A stretch of DNA of 64,000 bases from Vicugna vicugna (GCA_013265495.1 MU058718.1:744001-808000); one strand, 5' to 3'. Numbered from the stretch's first letter, positions 40,310 through 54,013 are shown. Notes: generated from the sequence alone by a model not told the origin. Numbers and translations are program-made.

Positions 40310-40860
40310 GGTGAATGGATAAAACAAAATGTGGTATATACATACAATGGAATATTATTCAGCTTTAAAAAGGAAGTAAATTCTGATTCATGCTGCAATA
40401 TAGAAGAAACTTAAAAATACTATACTCTGTGAAATAAGCCAGATACAGAAGGATAAATATTGCATATGAAGTACCTGGAATAGTCATTCATAGAGACAGA
40501 AAATATAATGGTAGTTGCCCAGGGGTTGAAGGGAGGGGTGATGGGGAGTTACTATTTGATGGATATAGTTTCAGTTTGGGATAATGGAAAAATTCTGAAG
40601 ATGGAGGCTGGTAGTGGTTATACAACAGTGTGAAAGTACTTTATGCCACTGAATATCTAAGAATTGTTAAAATGGGGGGAGGGTATAGCTCAAGTGGTAG
40701 AGTGCATACTTAGCACACATGAAGTCCTGGGTTCAATCCCCAGTACCTCCTCTAAAAAATAAATATGTAAACCTAATTACCTCCCCACCCCAGAAAAATT
40801 TTTTAATGGTTAAAATGGTAAATTTTATGTTTTGTATATTTTTACTACAATAAAAAAGTT
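40310..40860 (+). mobile_element. L1M 3' fragment (host of the SINE)
   Basis: ATGTGGTATATACATACAATGGAATATTATTCAGC ... TATATTTTTACTACAATAAAAA. Confidence 0.85.
40674..40804 (+). mobile_element. tRNA-derived SINE (vic-1-like) inserted in an old L1 3' end
   Basis: GGGGAGGGTATAGCTCAAGTGGTAGAG (A box) ... GGGTTCAATCCC (B box), then an A-rich tail. TSD AAT[T/G]GTTAAAAT at 40662-40673 and 40805-40816. Confidence 0.85.
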
Positions 40861-41444
40861 ATGAAAAATGGAATAAGATTGTAGGTGGGATCTACGACAG
40901 AAGAAAAAGCAACCATGTGTCTAGGACAGTTTAGGTATAAACAGAACTGTAAGAGGAAGCAGGATGGATCAGACAAGGGAAATGATCCCCGAGTATTCCC
41001 CTAATTTACCCACAAAGTGAATTTCCTAGACTAACTGCTCCACGGCTAGCCAACAGCTGCAGGGACTGTAGCTTTTGACTACCCTGCTTCCAGGGCCAGG
41101 GTTAGAACAGGGCCTTAGGAGTTTCTGACATGGGGATGTGCTCTATGAAGCTGTCAATGCTTCTTTTAGGCACGAGTACTTTGAGGTCAGGAGCCTTTTC
41201 TGATTCTTTGTAGCCCAGACTCCCAAAAGGTACCTGGCCCCTAGAAGGTATTTATTACATAGCTGTTGAACATAGAAGAAATTTGATTCAGTTTCTAAAA
41301 TGGAGAATAGGAAATGTCTTTTTGAGAGTGCTATATTTGATGGGAATGAAATGATATTATGTAAAAACACTAATACAAAGATAAGGCATTGTTCTTAACA
41401 CAAACAGGACAAAAAAGGCTTGGAAATCTCCCTGCATGTCACAG

Positions 41445-41450
41445 TTTATT
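41445..41450 (-). terminator. Candidate CGRRF1 polyadenylation signal AATAAA
   Basis: AATAAA on the minus strand followed about 30 nt later by the U/GU-rich TTTTTTGTCCTGTTTGTGTT; about 1.1 kb after the stop codon. Confidence 0.5.
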
Positions 41451-42537
41451 TGCTGTGATATAATTTCTTGGTGAGTCGAAGGTAATTTCCACTGAAGAAA
41501 CAGGAAGTTCTGATTTACCTTTTTCTTCTTAGTCATCTTGGGAAAAACAGGGAATGGGGCTTTTTTTGACTATCAGGTTCCTCAACTCTTAAAGAGGATG
41601 TAACAAGGAATGAACAAAGTGATTTACTATTTGGAAGGATATGGGGTTTATTTGGAATAAAAAACACACTAGAAAAAAACAGTTCTTTGTTTCCTATGGT
41701 GATTTTTCTGGCTCTAAAACCCCTCCAGTTTTGTATGAATTCATTGTACAGGAGGAAATCTAAGGTAAGGCATTGCAAGTGTCACAGATCTTCCCTGGTA
41801 GGTCACATTCTACTAATCTAATCATATTTGACAATAAATTTAATTATCCAAGAAATTTTATTATCCATTTTTTATATATCTGCTTCCTATAAATGAGTAT
41901 CATTTTAATCTATGACACACTGAGAACAGTTAAGAATTATATCTTGCATATATGATTTAAGAAGCTATATTTAAAAATTAACATAAATAATTATGTTTAT
42001 GTGACTATGATTATCAGGAAAATTAGAAGCCAAACAGATGGATATTTATAGAAACTGATATTTCAGGAAAGGATTTAATATTATAACCCCTTTCTAACTC
42101 TTTTGTAAACCAGGGAACATAAAATTACTGTAAGAAGAATTCAGTTTTTACCCAATTGCACTTCAGATTATGTCAAAGGAAAAACATTCAGAAATCTTAA
42201 GACTTTTACTTCCTCAAATTTTAGGTGGATTGCTTTTCAGAATTCTTCTAATTGACATTACATGAAATCCTCTAGCTGATAAAACGCCAAATATTCACAT
42301 TCTTCTCAAGAGATGAATGAATTTTTATGCATTAACACAGAACAGGATTCCAGTATTTGCCATACTGAACAGCAAGGAATAAATTAATTTTCACCATCCA
42401 TGTACCATACAAGTACGAAGTTAGAAGAGAATTTTCACTGATGGTTAACACCGTAGATTCCATGTTATGATTAATTCCAAAAACATAAATTTTTGCATCT
42501 TCAGTGGAAAGTATACTTTTCAGTCATGACAATATCC

Positions 42538-42858
42538 TCAGAGACTTTTCAATTTGTCTTTGTCTTGCTCTTTTTGACTACAAAGTGCAAAAGATTCCTG
42601 AACAAATTGCCTGCACATTGGGCACTGCTGAAAATACTTAATACAGCCATCACATAGGCACGTGTGTCTACACGGCAAGAGCACCCAGTTCACGGTCCCG
42701 TTCTGGCAAACAACACAGTCCTTGCTATTTTCCTCCGGCGGCTCCATTTCAGTTTCAGATAGTCCAGCCTTTTCCAGCAAACTCCGGTCTGTGTTTTTTT
42801 GCTCTGGAGAGGAACTGCTGGAGGGAGTGGAATTATTATTTGCAGACATGAAAAGTTG
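42538..42858 (-). CDS. CGRRF1: CGRRF1 last coding exon with RING finger
   Basis: Encodes QLFMSANN...CVVCQNGTVNWVLLPCRHTCLCDGCIKYFQQCPMC...DKLKSL*. Zn ligands are intact (C3HC4-type). Acceptor TTTTCAG|CAA; TGA at 42540-42538. Confidence 0.96.
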   Translation of the reverse strand, partial: QLFMSANNNSTPSSSSSPEQKNTDRSLLEKAGLSETEMEPPEENSKDCVVCQNGTVNWVLLPCRHTCLCDGCIKYFQQCPMCRQFVQESFALCSQKEQDKDKLKSL

Positions 42859-43085
42859 CTGAAAATCAAAGAAACAAATGTAAAGATAATTACAATGACA
42901 ATTACTCTCCAAATCCAAGGATCATAAGAGCTGCTAAAAATGTATGAGCCAGAAAATCCAACAGCAAATAATAGCTAACTTCTATGATAACTAACTGAGA
43001 AGTATTACTATCTCTTTATAAATAGTCATACTTTAAAATTCTGCAAACAAAAAAGACAGAGATAAGACTACAGGATACAACTTAC

Positions 43086-43193
43086 CTTAAGATCATGAAA
43101 TTGACCTTGAGCCAGGAGTAAATATTGATATAATATTCTGCAGGAGAGTTTATAAGTCTTATCAGGAATATGAATTACTGACACCATGGAAAT
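43086..43193 (-). CDS. CGRRF1: CGRRF1 coding exon 5 (108 nt; missing from the ORF track)
   Basis: Hand translation gives ISMVSVIHIPDKTYKLSCRIIYQYLLLAQGQFHDLK. Acceptor TTTTAG|ATT, donor AAG|GTAAGT. Confidence 0.94.
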
Positions 43194-43369
43194 CTAAAAT
43201 AAAAATTGAACACCAGTCAGAATGTAACCTCCTTATATTATTTCTCATATATGTGAAAAACGCTTTTCAAATAAAAATAAGAGGTTGATAAATTAGAAAA
43301 CTTATAAAAATTTCCTTAGATTACAGTCACTAAAGAGGAATCAGTTACATATTTTTGCCAGTTATTTTA

Positions 43370-45985
43370 TTTATACTCAAATTTACAAATTTAATGTGAT
43401 CTAAACAAAAATAGCAATGAATTTTTTACACAGCTACATGAGTTGACTATAAAATTTTCATATGAAAAAATTACACATAAGAATAGCTAGGGAAAAACTG
43501 GAAAGAAAGTATGAGGAGGACTAAGCCCAGTCAGGTATTAAAACATACTACAATGTCTCCCAAGTTAAACCAGTGTGGTACTGGCACATGAATAGACAGA
43601 TGGATGGAACGGAATAAGCAGTCCAGAAACAGACCCAACTACATATACAAATATGACAAAGGTGGCATCTCAAATCACTAGACAAAGAGAGTCTTTTTAA
43701 TAATAAAAAGTACTGGGGCAACTGGGATAGCTGTTTGGAAAAACAGAAAATCAGATGCATTCCTCATACCATACGTAAGAATGAACTCCAAGAGCATAAG
43801 AGAGCTAACTGTGAAAAATATAACTATACAAATATTAGAAAACATGTGAATTTCTCTTTGGTTTACTGTAGAAAAAGACTTTCTAACTATGACTCAAACC
43901 CAGAGGCAGATACATTTGACAAATCTAACTTTAGGTTTTTGAACATAAAAATTGTAAATTTGCATGATAAAAACACTATAAGCAAAGTCAAAAGGTATAT
44001 GACAAACTGGACTATATTCACAATGTATATCAGAGACCAGGTATTAATATCCCTAATTTATGAAGAACTTTTAAAAATTGAAGAAAAAGTGAACAGGAAT
44101 TCTATAGAAAAATGGGCCAAAGACATGAACAGACAATTCGCAAAAAGATATAAACATGGTCCTTAGCCATATTAAAAGATGTTCAGTTTCACTCACAATA
44201 TGATAAATGCAAATTAAAACTTCGGTGAGATATTTCTTGCTCATCAGATTAACAAAAATTTAAAAGTGTGTCAATACACTCTATGGAGAAGTAGTCACTT
44301 TCATATCTTACTGGTGGAAATATGTAAAAAAATAAAATAAAGTAAAAGATACAACTCCAAAGTACAACTCCAATGGAGGGGAATTTGGCAGTATGTGATG
44401 AAAAGATATGTATTTATTTACCTTTCAACCTCACAGCCTCAACAATACTAAAATACATATGCACAGGTTATTCAGTGCAGGATTATTTACTGCAGAATAC
44501 TGGAAACTACCTAAATGTCCAAGCACAAGAGACTGGCTGAATAATTAGTACAAATATACCCTTACATACAATGGATGTTAGGCAGCTGGAAAAAAAGAGT
44601 AAGGAATATCTCTAAGAAGTGATCTGGAGTGATTTCCAGGAAATATTACGAAGTGAAAAAAGCAGGAACATGTATAGTATACATAGTGTGCTACCTTTTG
44701 TGTAAGAGAAAAGGGAAATTAGAAGAAATAGATACCTGTATTTTCTTTTCATTACAATAAGAAACATAGGAAGGATGTACCAGAAAGCAGCTATGAAGAT
44801 TAGGGTGTGTGAAAATGGGGGAAGTGATGGGAGCAACATCTGATTCCACCTCTTTATAGTTTTCTGACTTTTGGGAGAACTAATCTGAGTAATTTATGGA
44901 CAAAGTTTTTGACTATAAATCCTCAGTTTTGCGCAGAAAGTAGGGAGAGGGCAGTTTGAGCACCAAGTAATTAAATTCAGTAATGAATGATAAACCACTG
45001 AGGGGAAAAAGAATTAATGAGGCCATGAGGATAACAAATAGATAAATAAAGAAATAAATGGGAGGTCTCTTGCTTGTAATAGGATGCCAAGGGCCAACTG
45101 GAGGGCTGGAGTTGGAAAATACTCATTTTTGCAATTCTCATGGTAAAGGTAAAAACTGGTAAGAATCATCAATGGATATTAAATCCAAGAGGAAATTTTG
45201 AAAAAGAGAAGGCTATTTGTTTGGTCTTAAAGTGCCTCCCCACAGACTTATTATTTGCAAAGGAGGGAAAAAAGGAAACAGTGGAGAAATTAAATAACAC
45301 CTTGACTGAGAGAGCAAAATTAACATCACCAATGAGGGAGAAGAATTCGCGAGCTTCTACCAGTGATGCCCTGAAAAGCACACATCATCACTTGTGCAGT
45401 ACACTGGCTGAACATGCTCAACTCAATCTAATTGTGACAAAACATCAGACAAAATGAGGAATGTTCTACCTTGCAAAAACGGTGTGTGCACGTGACCGTA
45501 TCTCAAAAATGCTAATGTCATAAAAGACAAAAAAAGACTATGGAAATGTTTCAGATTAAAGGAGGTTAAAGATACGTGACGAGTACATTATCTGACTCTA
45601 GACTAGAATCTGTACTGGAAGGGAAAACACGTTGTAAAGAATACTATTAGGCCAACTGACATATTGGAATATAGGTAATAGATTGGATAAGACATTATAC
45701 CAACGTTAGATTTATCAAATGGATAATACATTTTAGTTATATAAGAGAAGATCCCTATTAGTAGGAAATACACACTGAAGTACTTAGGAATAAAGAATCA
45801 TTGTGTATACAACTTATTCTCAATTCATTAAAAATATATATACCCATACATACACAAGTATATACATGGGCAAATAATGAAAATGATGCAAAAGTTAACA
45901 ATTAACAATAGGAGATCTGGGTAAAGGGTGTATGGGTGTTCTTTTACTTTTTTATCTTTGCAAGTTTTTGAAATTATGTCCAAAT
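43370..45985 (+). mobile_element. Decayed old L1 (L1MC/ME-like) pieces in CGRRF1 intron 4
   Basis: Degenerate ORF2 motifs (VWYWH..RQ; ORF 43735-44166 includes EKWAKDMNRQF) followed by L1M-type 3'UTR. Confidence 0.75.
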
Positions 45986-48728
45986 AAAAATTTTTAAAAA
46001 AACCAACCCTACTATGTTCATAAAATTACAATATTCTTCACAGCTTCATAAGGATTTATTAATTTGGCAATGACTTCAGAGCCTTTTCATACTAAATCAA
46101 AATGACAGGATTGATAGAAGATAGTAATGTTATCATCTGTTACTAACAATCCTGCCATTTGATTTAACATTAAAAGCCTCTGAAGCTACTATTATGCTAG
46201 TCTTAAATACATATGTAGTCATAGATACACAATTGATATGAAAAAGATGTTTAAAACATATTATTAAGTGAACGGTCACAAAATAGTATGTATAATTTGA
46301 TCCCATTGTTGTTTTAAAATTACAAACACAAAGGTCTAGAAAAATACACACAAATATCCGCAGTGGTTATCTTTGAATGAAAGAAAACAGGTGATTTTAC
46401 TTTTTCCCTTTTGACTTATCTAGATTTTCTAATCTATTTCCTGCCACAAACATGTACTATTTGAGTACTACAGAAAAAATAACATACTAATAAAATATAG
46501 TAAAAATGAAAAACATTTAAAGTCACGATCTTGCAATGACAATCCCTGCTTTCTTTTATCTACCTAGAGTAACAAACTGGCTCCTAACTACATGATCTGA
46601 ATGTAATTTATTACTGTTACAATAGGAATGGGAGAGTTTAAATTTTTTTTTAATTTAGAATCTCTGACCCAGATAAAATATTGAAAAACCAAATGCCCAG
46701 TTCACTTTTGAAATTAAGAAAAGAGAACATTAATACAAAATATGCTTTAGTTCTGATACTCAGCCAAGTCTGAGAGATATGAGACGGAGAAGCAAGGATT
46801 AACAGGGAAAAATGGAGAGAGCTTCCTGATAAGAACAGAAGACACAGAGAAGGACCCAGGCAGGGAGATGGATACGAAGGAAGAGAGAAAAGGGCTGCTA
46901 ACCCTGGATAGCCAGGCTGCCCTGCGGGAACACGCCTCCCACAACCGCAGCTGGACCAGTGGTCCTCATTCCAGCTGGATCACAGTCTGAGAGCAAATCT
47001 TTCCCAGTTTATAATGTCACTGAACTGTATGCTGAAAAGTGGTTTAAAAGGTCAATTTTATGTTGTATATTATTTTACCACACACACACACTCCTTTAGA
47101 GTGGGGAGGAAAGTTAGAAAGTGTTTAGATTGCGGGAGAAAAGTTAGAAAACAAAGAGCCTGAGAACTTCAGGTAGACACAGAGCACCAGCAGCGAGCGG
47201 CAAAGGAAGCACAGGGGAAGCTGGGAGGAAGGTGACAGGTCTGACCCTTTCTATTTCAAATGGAAGGAAAGAAGCAGGGAGCTGAGAAGAGATGGGGCAC
47301 ACGGTGGTGAGAGGCGGGTTCCCTTTCCCAGGTAGGCAGAGTAAAGGACAGAAAGGCAGGAAATACAGCCTGGAAATACGCAATACTAGCTCAACAGGTC
47401 TTACTCATTCATCTTCAGCTGAAAAGAGTGGGAGGGAGGCAGCCGGAGGAGCCCTCCTGGAGACTGCTCAGGAGCTCTGCTGTCAAGTTCTATGAGGCTC
47501 ACTAACATTGCTTGGTATGACTTTTTTTCCACTTAATCAATTTACTGAGCACCTATTATGTTCCAGGCACTGTGTGAGGTTCTGGAAATACACTGCTGTT
47601 ACTATGACTTTTATTGAAAAAAAACAAACTGACTTCAGCTCAGTGGAACTTCAATTTGATAAAATTAAAACACTCCCAAAACAACAGAGGCATAACTGCG
47701 TGTGAGCAGGGTCTAGTTCTCTCAGTTAGGGTCTGCATCTTCCAAAGCTCAATGCATGCTTGTTTCAGGGAGATACTCCTGTTAGAAACTAAGGATACTG
47801 GCACAGAACTATACAGGCTCAGAATCAAGCCCTAGTTCCATCTCTCGTTTCCTGAATGGCTGGGATTTTTCTTCAGTCTCCTTCAGTGTTTATAAGGATA
47901 CTCGCCCTAGCACACAAGGTTGTTAGAAGGTGTAAGTTAACACTTTGTTTATTATATAGTGTCATAAAAAATGTTACCATATCTTTATTAATGAACATAT
48001 CTATATCATGCACTTCAGAGAAGAAGTAAGTTGTGTCTCAGAGCATTCTTACCATGAAAGGATTTCACCAACAGTTTATTTCATACATAAGCTTCTACCA
48101 TACTTACAGGAATGCCAGGGCTCAGATGCTTTTAGATCTCTAAGATGCTTTTATCTTCCTAGTAGGGATAAAGCACCAGACTAAAATAATTAGCACATAA
48201 TGAGGAAAAGAGATTACAATCATTACTGAAAATATAGGGACCAAACACATAGAAGATGTAGGTGCAGCAGGGGATGTGATGGAAACAAGATGGCTGCAAG
48301 CAAGCAAAGAAAAGAGTGGACACTGTCTTGACTTCAAGCACATCAGATCATGACAATTCTGATTTACTCAGCGCTAAAAATATTAGGAATAAACATGCTC
48401 CCAACAGACTTTTTCTGTGTGGCAAACATGACAGAATACAAAATGATGAAATTCATGTAATTCAACCACATCTTTTATTTTCTAAATAAAATCATATTCT
48501 CGCAACCCACATGGAAAAAAACAAGTCATACTCTGAAAGAGTGTTACACATATAAAACTCATACAAGTGTGCTTCCCCTGTATTCATTTTTCAAGAAAAA
48601 TGTATCCAGGCCAAAAGTGTACCCTCAGAAATCAAAACAAAACCTTTTTCTGTTTCACCAGGTAATGAAGATCCATCCTCCAAATCACTTAAAATCACAT
48701 AATGCTCCAGAATTTTAAAATTACTTAC

Positions 48729-48876
48729 AATATCATAAATTTCTCGATCATCCTCATCAGCTAGGGTCAACAGTGCTACCATTGGATAGCGAGATCTGGG
48801 CACCGTACCAAAGTCTTCAATCTTAGTATCTCTCGGTAACTGGCAATATATTTCTTCTTTGCTGTCCTTTTTAATA
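48729..48876 (-). CDS. CGRRF1: CGRRF1 coding exon 4 (148 nt)
   Basis: Encodes IKKDSKEEIYCQLPRDTKIEDFGTVPRSRYPMVALLTLADEDDREIYDI. Acceptor AAAAAG|T, donor ATT|GTAAGT; frame continuous with exons 3 and 5. Confidence 0.94.
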
Positions 48877-49029
48877 CTTTTTGAAGATGTAAAGGTAAAT
48901 TGTCCATATAACCAAAAATACAATATACCAAAGGGGATAAATAATAACTTAGAAAACACTATTTTATCCATAAAAAGTTGAATGTCTAAAATTTTCATGT
49001 GTTAATGGGTATAACAGATAAAAGGATAC
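48877..49029 (-). other. CGRRF1: U12-type (minor spliceosome) GT-AG intron, CGRRF1 intron 3 (153 nt)
   Basis: 5' splice site GTATCCTTT. Branch-like TACCTTTAC at 48897-48889 with its A about 13 nt from the 3' end. No polypyrimidine tract. Confidence 0.9.
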
Positions 49030-49207
49030 AAATACTGCTCTTGATAGAGATATTCACTATACAGAGCATCTTCCAATGCTTGGGGAGTGCTTATTCGGAA
49101 GCAATAAAAGTGCTTCTGCAGAGCTTCATATAATTTTTGAACACTGCACCCCCAGTAGCATGTAAGGAGGCTATCTTCAAGGCAATCTGTTGTCAAAGTT
49201 ATGCCAG
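49030..49207 (-). CDS. CGRRF1: CGRRF1 coding exon 3 (178 nt)
   Basis: Encodes (T)GITLTTDCLEDSLLTCYWGCSVQKLYEALQKHFYCFRISTPQALEDALYSEYLYQEQY(F). Acceptor TTCTCTACAG|CT, donor TT|GTATCCTTT. Confidence 0.94.
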
Positions 49208-52200
49208 CTGTAGAGAACAAATGAGACAAAGAGAAGAAAATTACCTAATGTAATTTCTAATACAATTATACATAGTGAGCAGCAAAAGCTTCCTTTTGGA
49301 TGCTGGCCAGGCTGATGGCAGTTAAAGGAACTCATTAAAGGGTATGTGCCTATAAATGAAGGAAATGGTCTCAAACACAAAAAATATAAAAACTTCAATG
49401 TCTACACAATTTGAAGCGCTATCAGTAAACTAATTTACAACATTTTACATTTATGCTTGGAAATTGTAAATATGATTTTTTTGGATGACTTCAAGACTTT
49501 TCCCACATAGATTTCAAAAACTGAAATATAGCTCACAATTGATAACCTACCACTCTAATAGTGTATATAATCCTAACTACAAGAAGCAATAGAGCCATCT
49601 CCAAAAGTGGATACATACAACCCATCGGGGCCACAAGATGATCAGTGGAGTGGGAAATATATTAAAAAGAAATTTAGCCTTAAATTTGGGAGTTTGAGAT
49701 TCGCAAATGTTAGCTACTATATATAAAAACAGATTTCATCATAATAAAAGATACCACAATTTAAGTAAACCTGATTAAGTGGATATATATATTAAAAGCA
49801 GACACACAAATTATCTTATACAGTTTTACGTATTTACTTAACACTTACATAGGATTTACTATGTGCCACCTACATGCTTTTTTCCCTTGCTCATGGTAGT
49901 TGTAGCAATATCAAGTTCAAGGGCAGCAACATCCAGCATCTCATACTACTGGCAGTACAAGCTGCAACATGTAGTGCTCAGTGGCCGTGGAGTACTCACT
50001 AGACCAAAAAGGCATGGTTTCAGTCATTGCTTCTGGCTGAACTGACTTGGTCTCCGATTCTGGCTCCCCACAGCTACTGGCAATTCTGTAAGCTACTCAG
50101 CGTCCTTTTATTGGAGTCATTTCTGTTGTTTGCTAATAGGAATTTTGATTGATACATTACATATTTTTAAAAACGTGATCAAAATTCTGTGTTGGAAAAA
50201 GACACACAAACACAAGCAGATGCTCTATAGGACATCAGAAACTGACTGAGTTTTCAGTTTTCTTCTCTGTATTTAGTAGAATGTACACAAACTCTCAGAT
50301 TCTGAGTATGTGCAGTAGCAGCAACCTAGAGCAATTCCTAATCCCAGTTAAGCAAAAATCTTAATGGGCAGGAACTTCACAGAGGTAATTAGAACAGAAT
50401 TTGACTTCAAATTTTTATATGATTCCAAACATCAGGTATTAATTCAAGAATGGAACATTCGTTTTGCTGTTTTTTTTTCAATTACTTGTCAAATAGCTGA
50501 AGAAAAACCCTCCATTAAAACAAATTTTACAATATATATATATATTAAAATCACACATACTTTATGTAACTAAGGAACTACAAAACATGAGGCAAGAAAA
50601 AAAAAGTTGGATGTAGACAGGAAAAGGAAAAATAGAAATGGCATATAAAAAAGTAGAAAGAGAAAAAAAAGAAACCCAGATAATGATTTCTTAATATTAT
50701 TATATTACTGGCAAAAAAAAATGTGAAAAAAGTGAAGAGATGTATATACATAGCACTAGTTATGTCAAAATGCAGGAACCCACTCAAATGTCCATCAATA
50801 TGGGATTAAATGAATGAAATATGGAATACTCCATAGTGAAGTACTACAACTCTTAAAAAAGAAATGAGCCGTATCAAAGTATCTATATAAAGTACTGTGG
50901 AACAATCTTCAGAATATATTGTTAAATGAAGAAAGTAAGGTATTTACAGTATGCTACTGTTTCTCTCACAGGAAAGGATATCCATATATATGTGTTTATT
51001 TATACTTAAAAAGAACAATGAAAGGATAAGCCTTAAAAAAAAAACCCTCAACTTCTAGAACATAGAAAACTACCCAGTATGTTTCTTCTTAAAAAGCATC
51101 AGAGTTCCAGAGATTCAGAGCTGCATACAAGACTTGCATACTTGTGTACTTGACTGCAATGGGGAGAGTGTCAGAGTCTACTGACAAATGGATATTAATC
51201 ATACTTTACCATGTATCTCTGAAATTAATATTATAAGTTAACAAAAAGAACTACAGAACTATGAAATTCTATTCTCTACAGTCTTTCATAAATTTTTCCA
51301 TTACATACGCTGACAAGAGAATGTCCTGATTTACACTCACTGGTGATAGTTCAAATACCACTATTGCAAAACTGTTCTCCCTTTAGTTTTTCCCACTTCC
51401 TTGGCAGAGGGAGTTCTCATTCTTACAGTTTCTTGGTCTTCTAAATTCAGTGCACACACAGTGGCATCTCAGATCAATAGTTTTAACAGAATTGGGACAC
51501 AGCCATAAACCAGAAAATTCAGAATCTAAATTAAGTGAAGCAGCATGGATGTGATTTCTCTCAGCCTGCCCTTACCTGCCTCACTGTGACAGCCAAGTAA
51601 AGCACAGTGCAAGAGAGAGAGTTGCAAAAAATTGAAAAAAAAAGGAAAAAAAAAGGGCTATAGTTAAATGACTTGATCCACTAAAAAAGGAGAAACAATG
51701 AGGCAGAAAAGCCACAAACCCTGAAGAAGAATCCCTGAGAGAGAAGAACAATGGACAAGGAGGTCGTGCATGAGGATAACAAAACCAGAGTCTTGGGAGA
51801 CAAAATTTTTAGGTTGTGGGTATAGTGGTCCACAAATTTCTCCCCAAATGCCATGTGTGTCATCTTGCCAAAACACGAGGCAGCTGTTTGCAAAAGGACA
51901 GCAGAATTCCTGAACTGAATTAATTCAACTCAACTAATATATCCTGAGCACTTCTTTTAATGTCATTAAAGCTTCTACATTAGGGACATGGAAACATCAT
52001 AAATCCAAGTACAGAATCATTAAATAACAACAAAGCAATCCCAACAACTCACCCCTAGTAAAGAGAACTAAACAACTAAGATTAAAACTGATTCTCTGCT
52101 TTATTTTCAAGTAAGTCAGGTCTCCAGATGCTCCCCCTTCCTCCTCTATGCGCTGGGCATCTTAAGTACAGCAGTGAAAAAAGACCTGGATTTTTAAACT

Positions 52201-53920
52201 ATCTATCTACACATCAGATGAAATAACCTTTTACAATGGCACAATTATTGCTCAGAATATTATCTCAGTGTCCTGGTTAGACATCTTTAACGACATCCAC
52301 CATTTCACAGTTTAAACAAATGAACTTTATTCTGCCAAGCACAATTCCCAACAAAACCTTTCCCTTATTCCCCCATAGAAGACAAGGAGTGATATGCATG
52401 GGTATTTTAAAAACTAAAATACTTCAATAAGCATACTACAAGTCTGCACACAAAATTTTCTTCATATACTTCAGTAACGCTGCTGCTGGTAGCACCTAGT
52501 GTGCTGGGCATAGCAGAGAGGTCTCCCTCTCACTGGATATCTTTCATTTGCTTCCAACATTTACAGGGCAGGTTCTATTTGAGATTATTTCTGCATGGAA
52601 GGCAGATTAACGGAGTTCCTTACACATCCTGCCTCACAAGTGTGTTAGTTCTTGCTCAGTTCTGTATCAGTTCTTCTTTTTCAGTGTTTCCAGGCTTCTG
52701 GACACTGTGCTGCAGGAAGGACAGCATTATGTTTGTAGATTTTTTTTTTTTTTTGGCAATCTTGCTCAGAAACCAGAAGTGACATTATAGCAGGTTTAAG
52801 TGCATGTCCATGGAGGTTAGAGGTCACCAAACCACTACTGTTCGGCACATTTTAATCAGGCATGTTTTCTAAACAAATTTAGTTTCTCTGTCCTACCTTG
52901 AAGTTTGATTTTCCTAAGTGAAAAATATCAGAATGAACCCCTTATCCACCACTGAGGGGGAGAAAAGGTCCTTAGTTCCCTTTAATTTACTGGGTAATAG
53001 TATAGTAGTTACAGCTAAGGAAGAAAAATAAGAAATTTGTACTTTTTCATCATAAATCAAGCTTTACTTAAGGTTGATAACCTCTACTGACTATGTACAC
53101 TGATTGCTGGCAACTGATTCTGGAAGTCAGAGGCAGGAAGATGACCAGGCAAGAATGGCCACAGGGACCAAGGGACAGGGTGTCAAGAAGGAAGGCCTGG
53201 CCAACTCTGTTCAATACTGCAGAGAGAACATTAACTCAGGACCCTCAGGACAGAAAAGTGTCCACTGGATTTTATAACTGCGGGGATTGGAGGTGGGGGC
53301 GGCAGTTGTAATCAGTGACCTTGGAGAAAGCCATCTCAGTACAGGGATACTGGCAAAAATCAGACAGCACTGATCTGAGGAGTGAAAGGGAACAGGTTGA
53401 GAGAAGAAGGCAAGCACAAACTACTTTTCAGAAGCCTGGCCGAGAAGGGAAGAAGAGACAGGACAGCGGCTAAAATAAGATGAAAAGCGGCAGAAGTTTT
53501 GGGATGTTTGTTTCTAAGGTACCAGAAATGTGAGCAAGTGTAAAAACTGATAGAGTCTCAGCCCAGAGATCTTTATAGAGCTACAGGACTGTATGGAGAA
53601 CTGCCTACTCTACATTTCTGTTTAACTGTCACAAAGCATTTCTAAGTCCAGAAGTTCAAAACTGAATTCAGTACTTTTCTTTCGAAAACTGCTATTCCTC
53701 CAGGACTCCTTATCTCAGTAATATGATCTGTTGGGGAGGACCCACACAAAGAACTTGAGTCTTCCTTAACTCTTCTTTCTTACCTGTCCCACCCTGTGGT
53801 TTATCCACAACAAACTACTTACTGTTTCTCTAATGTATTATTCTTTCTATCTTGGTACTTTGTTCATGCTTCTCCTTCTATTTGAATTTCTCCCAATCCC
53901 ACAAAATAAACACCTACTTA

Positions 53921-53932
53921 TCTCTCTCTCTA

Positions 53933-54011
<79 letters not shown>
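53921..54011 (+). repeat. Compound (TC)n(AC)n microsatellite
   Basis: Direct reading; lies in CGRRF1 intron 2. Confidence 0.95.

Positions 54012-54013
<2 letters not shown>

Noticed and set aside
40674..40750. tRNA gene (also 57430-57502)
   Set aside because: Degenerate stems, A-rich tails and TSDs show these are SINE copies.
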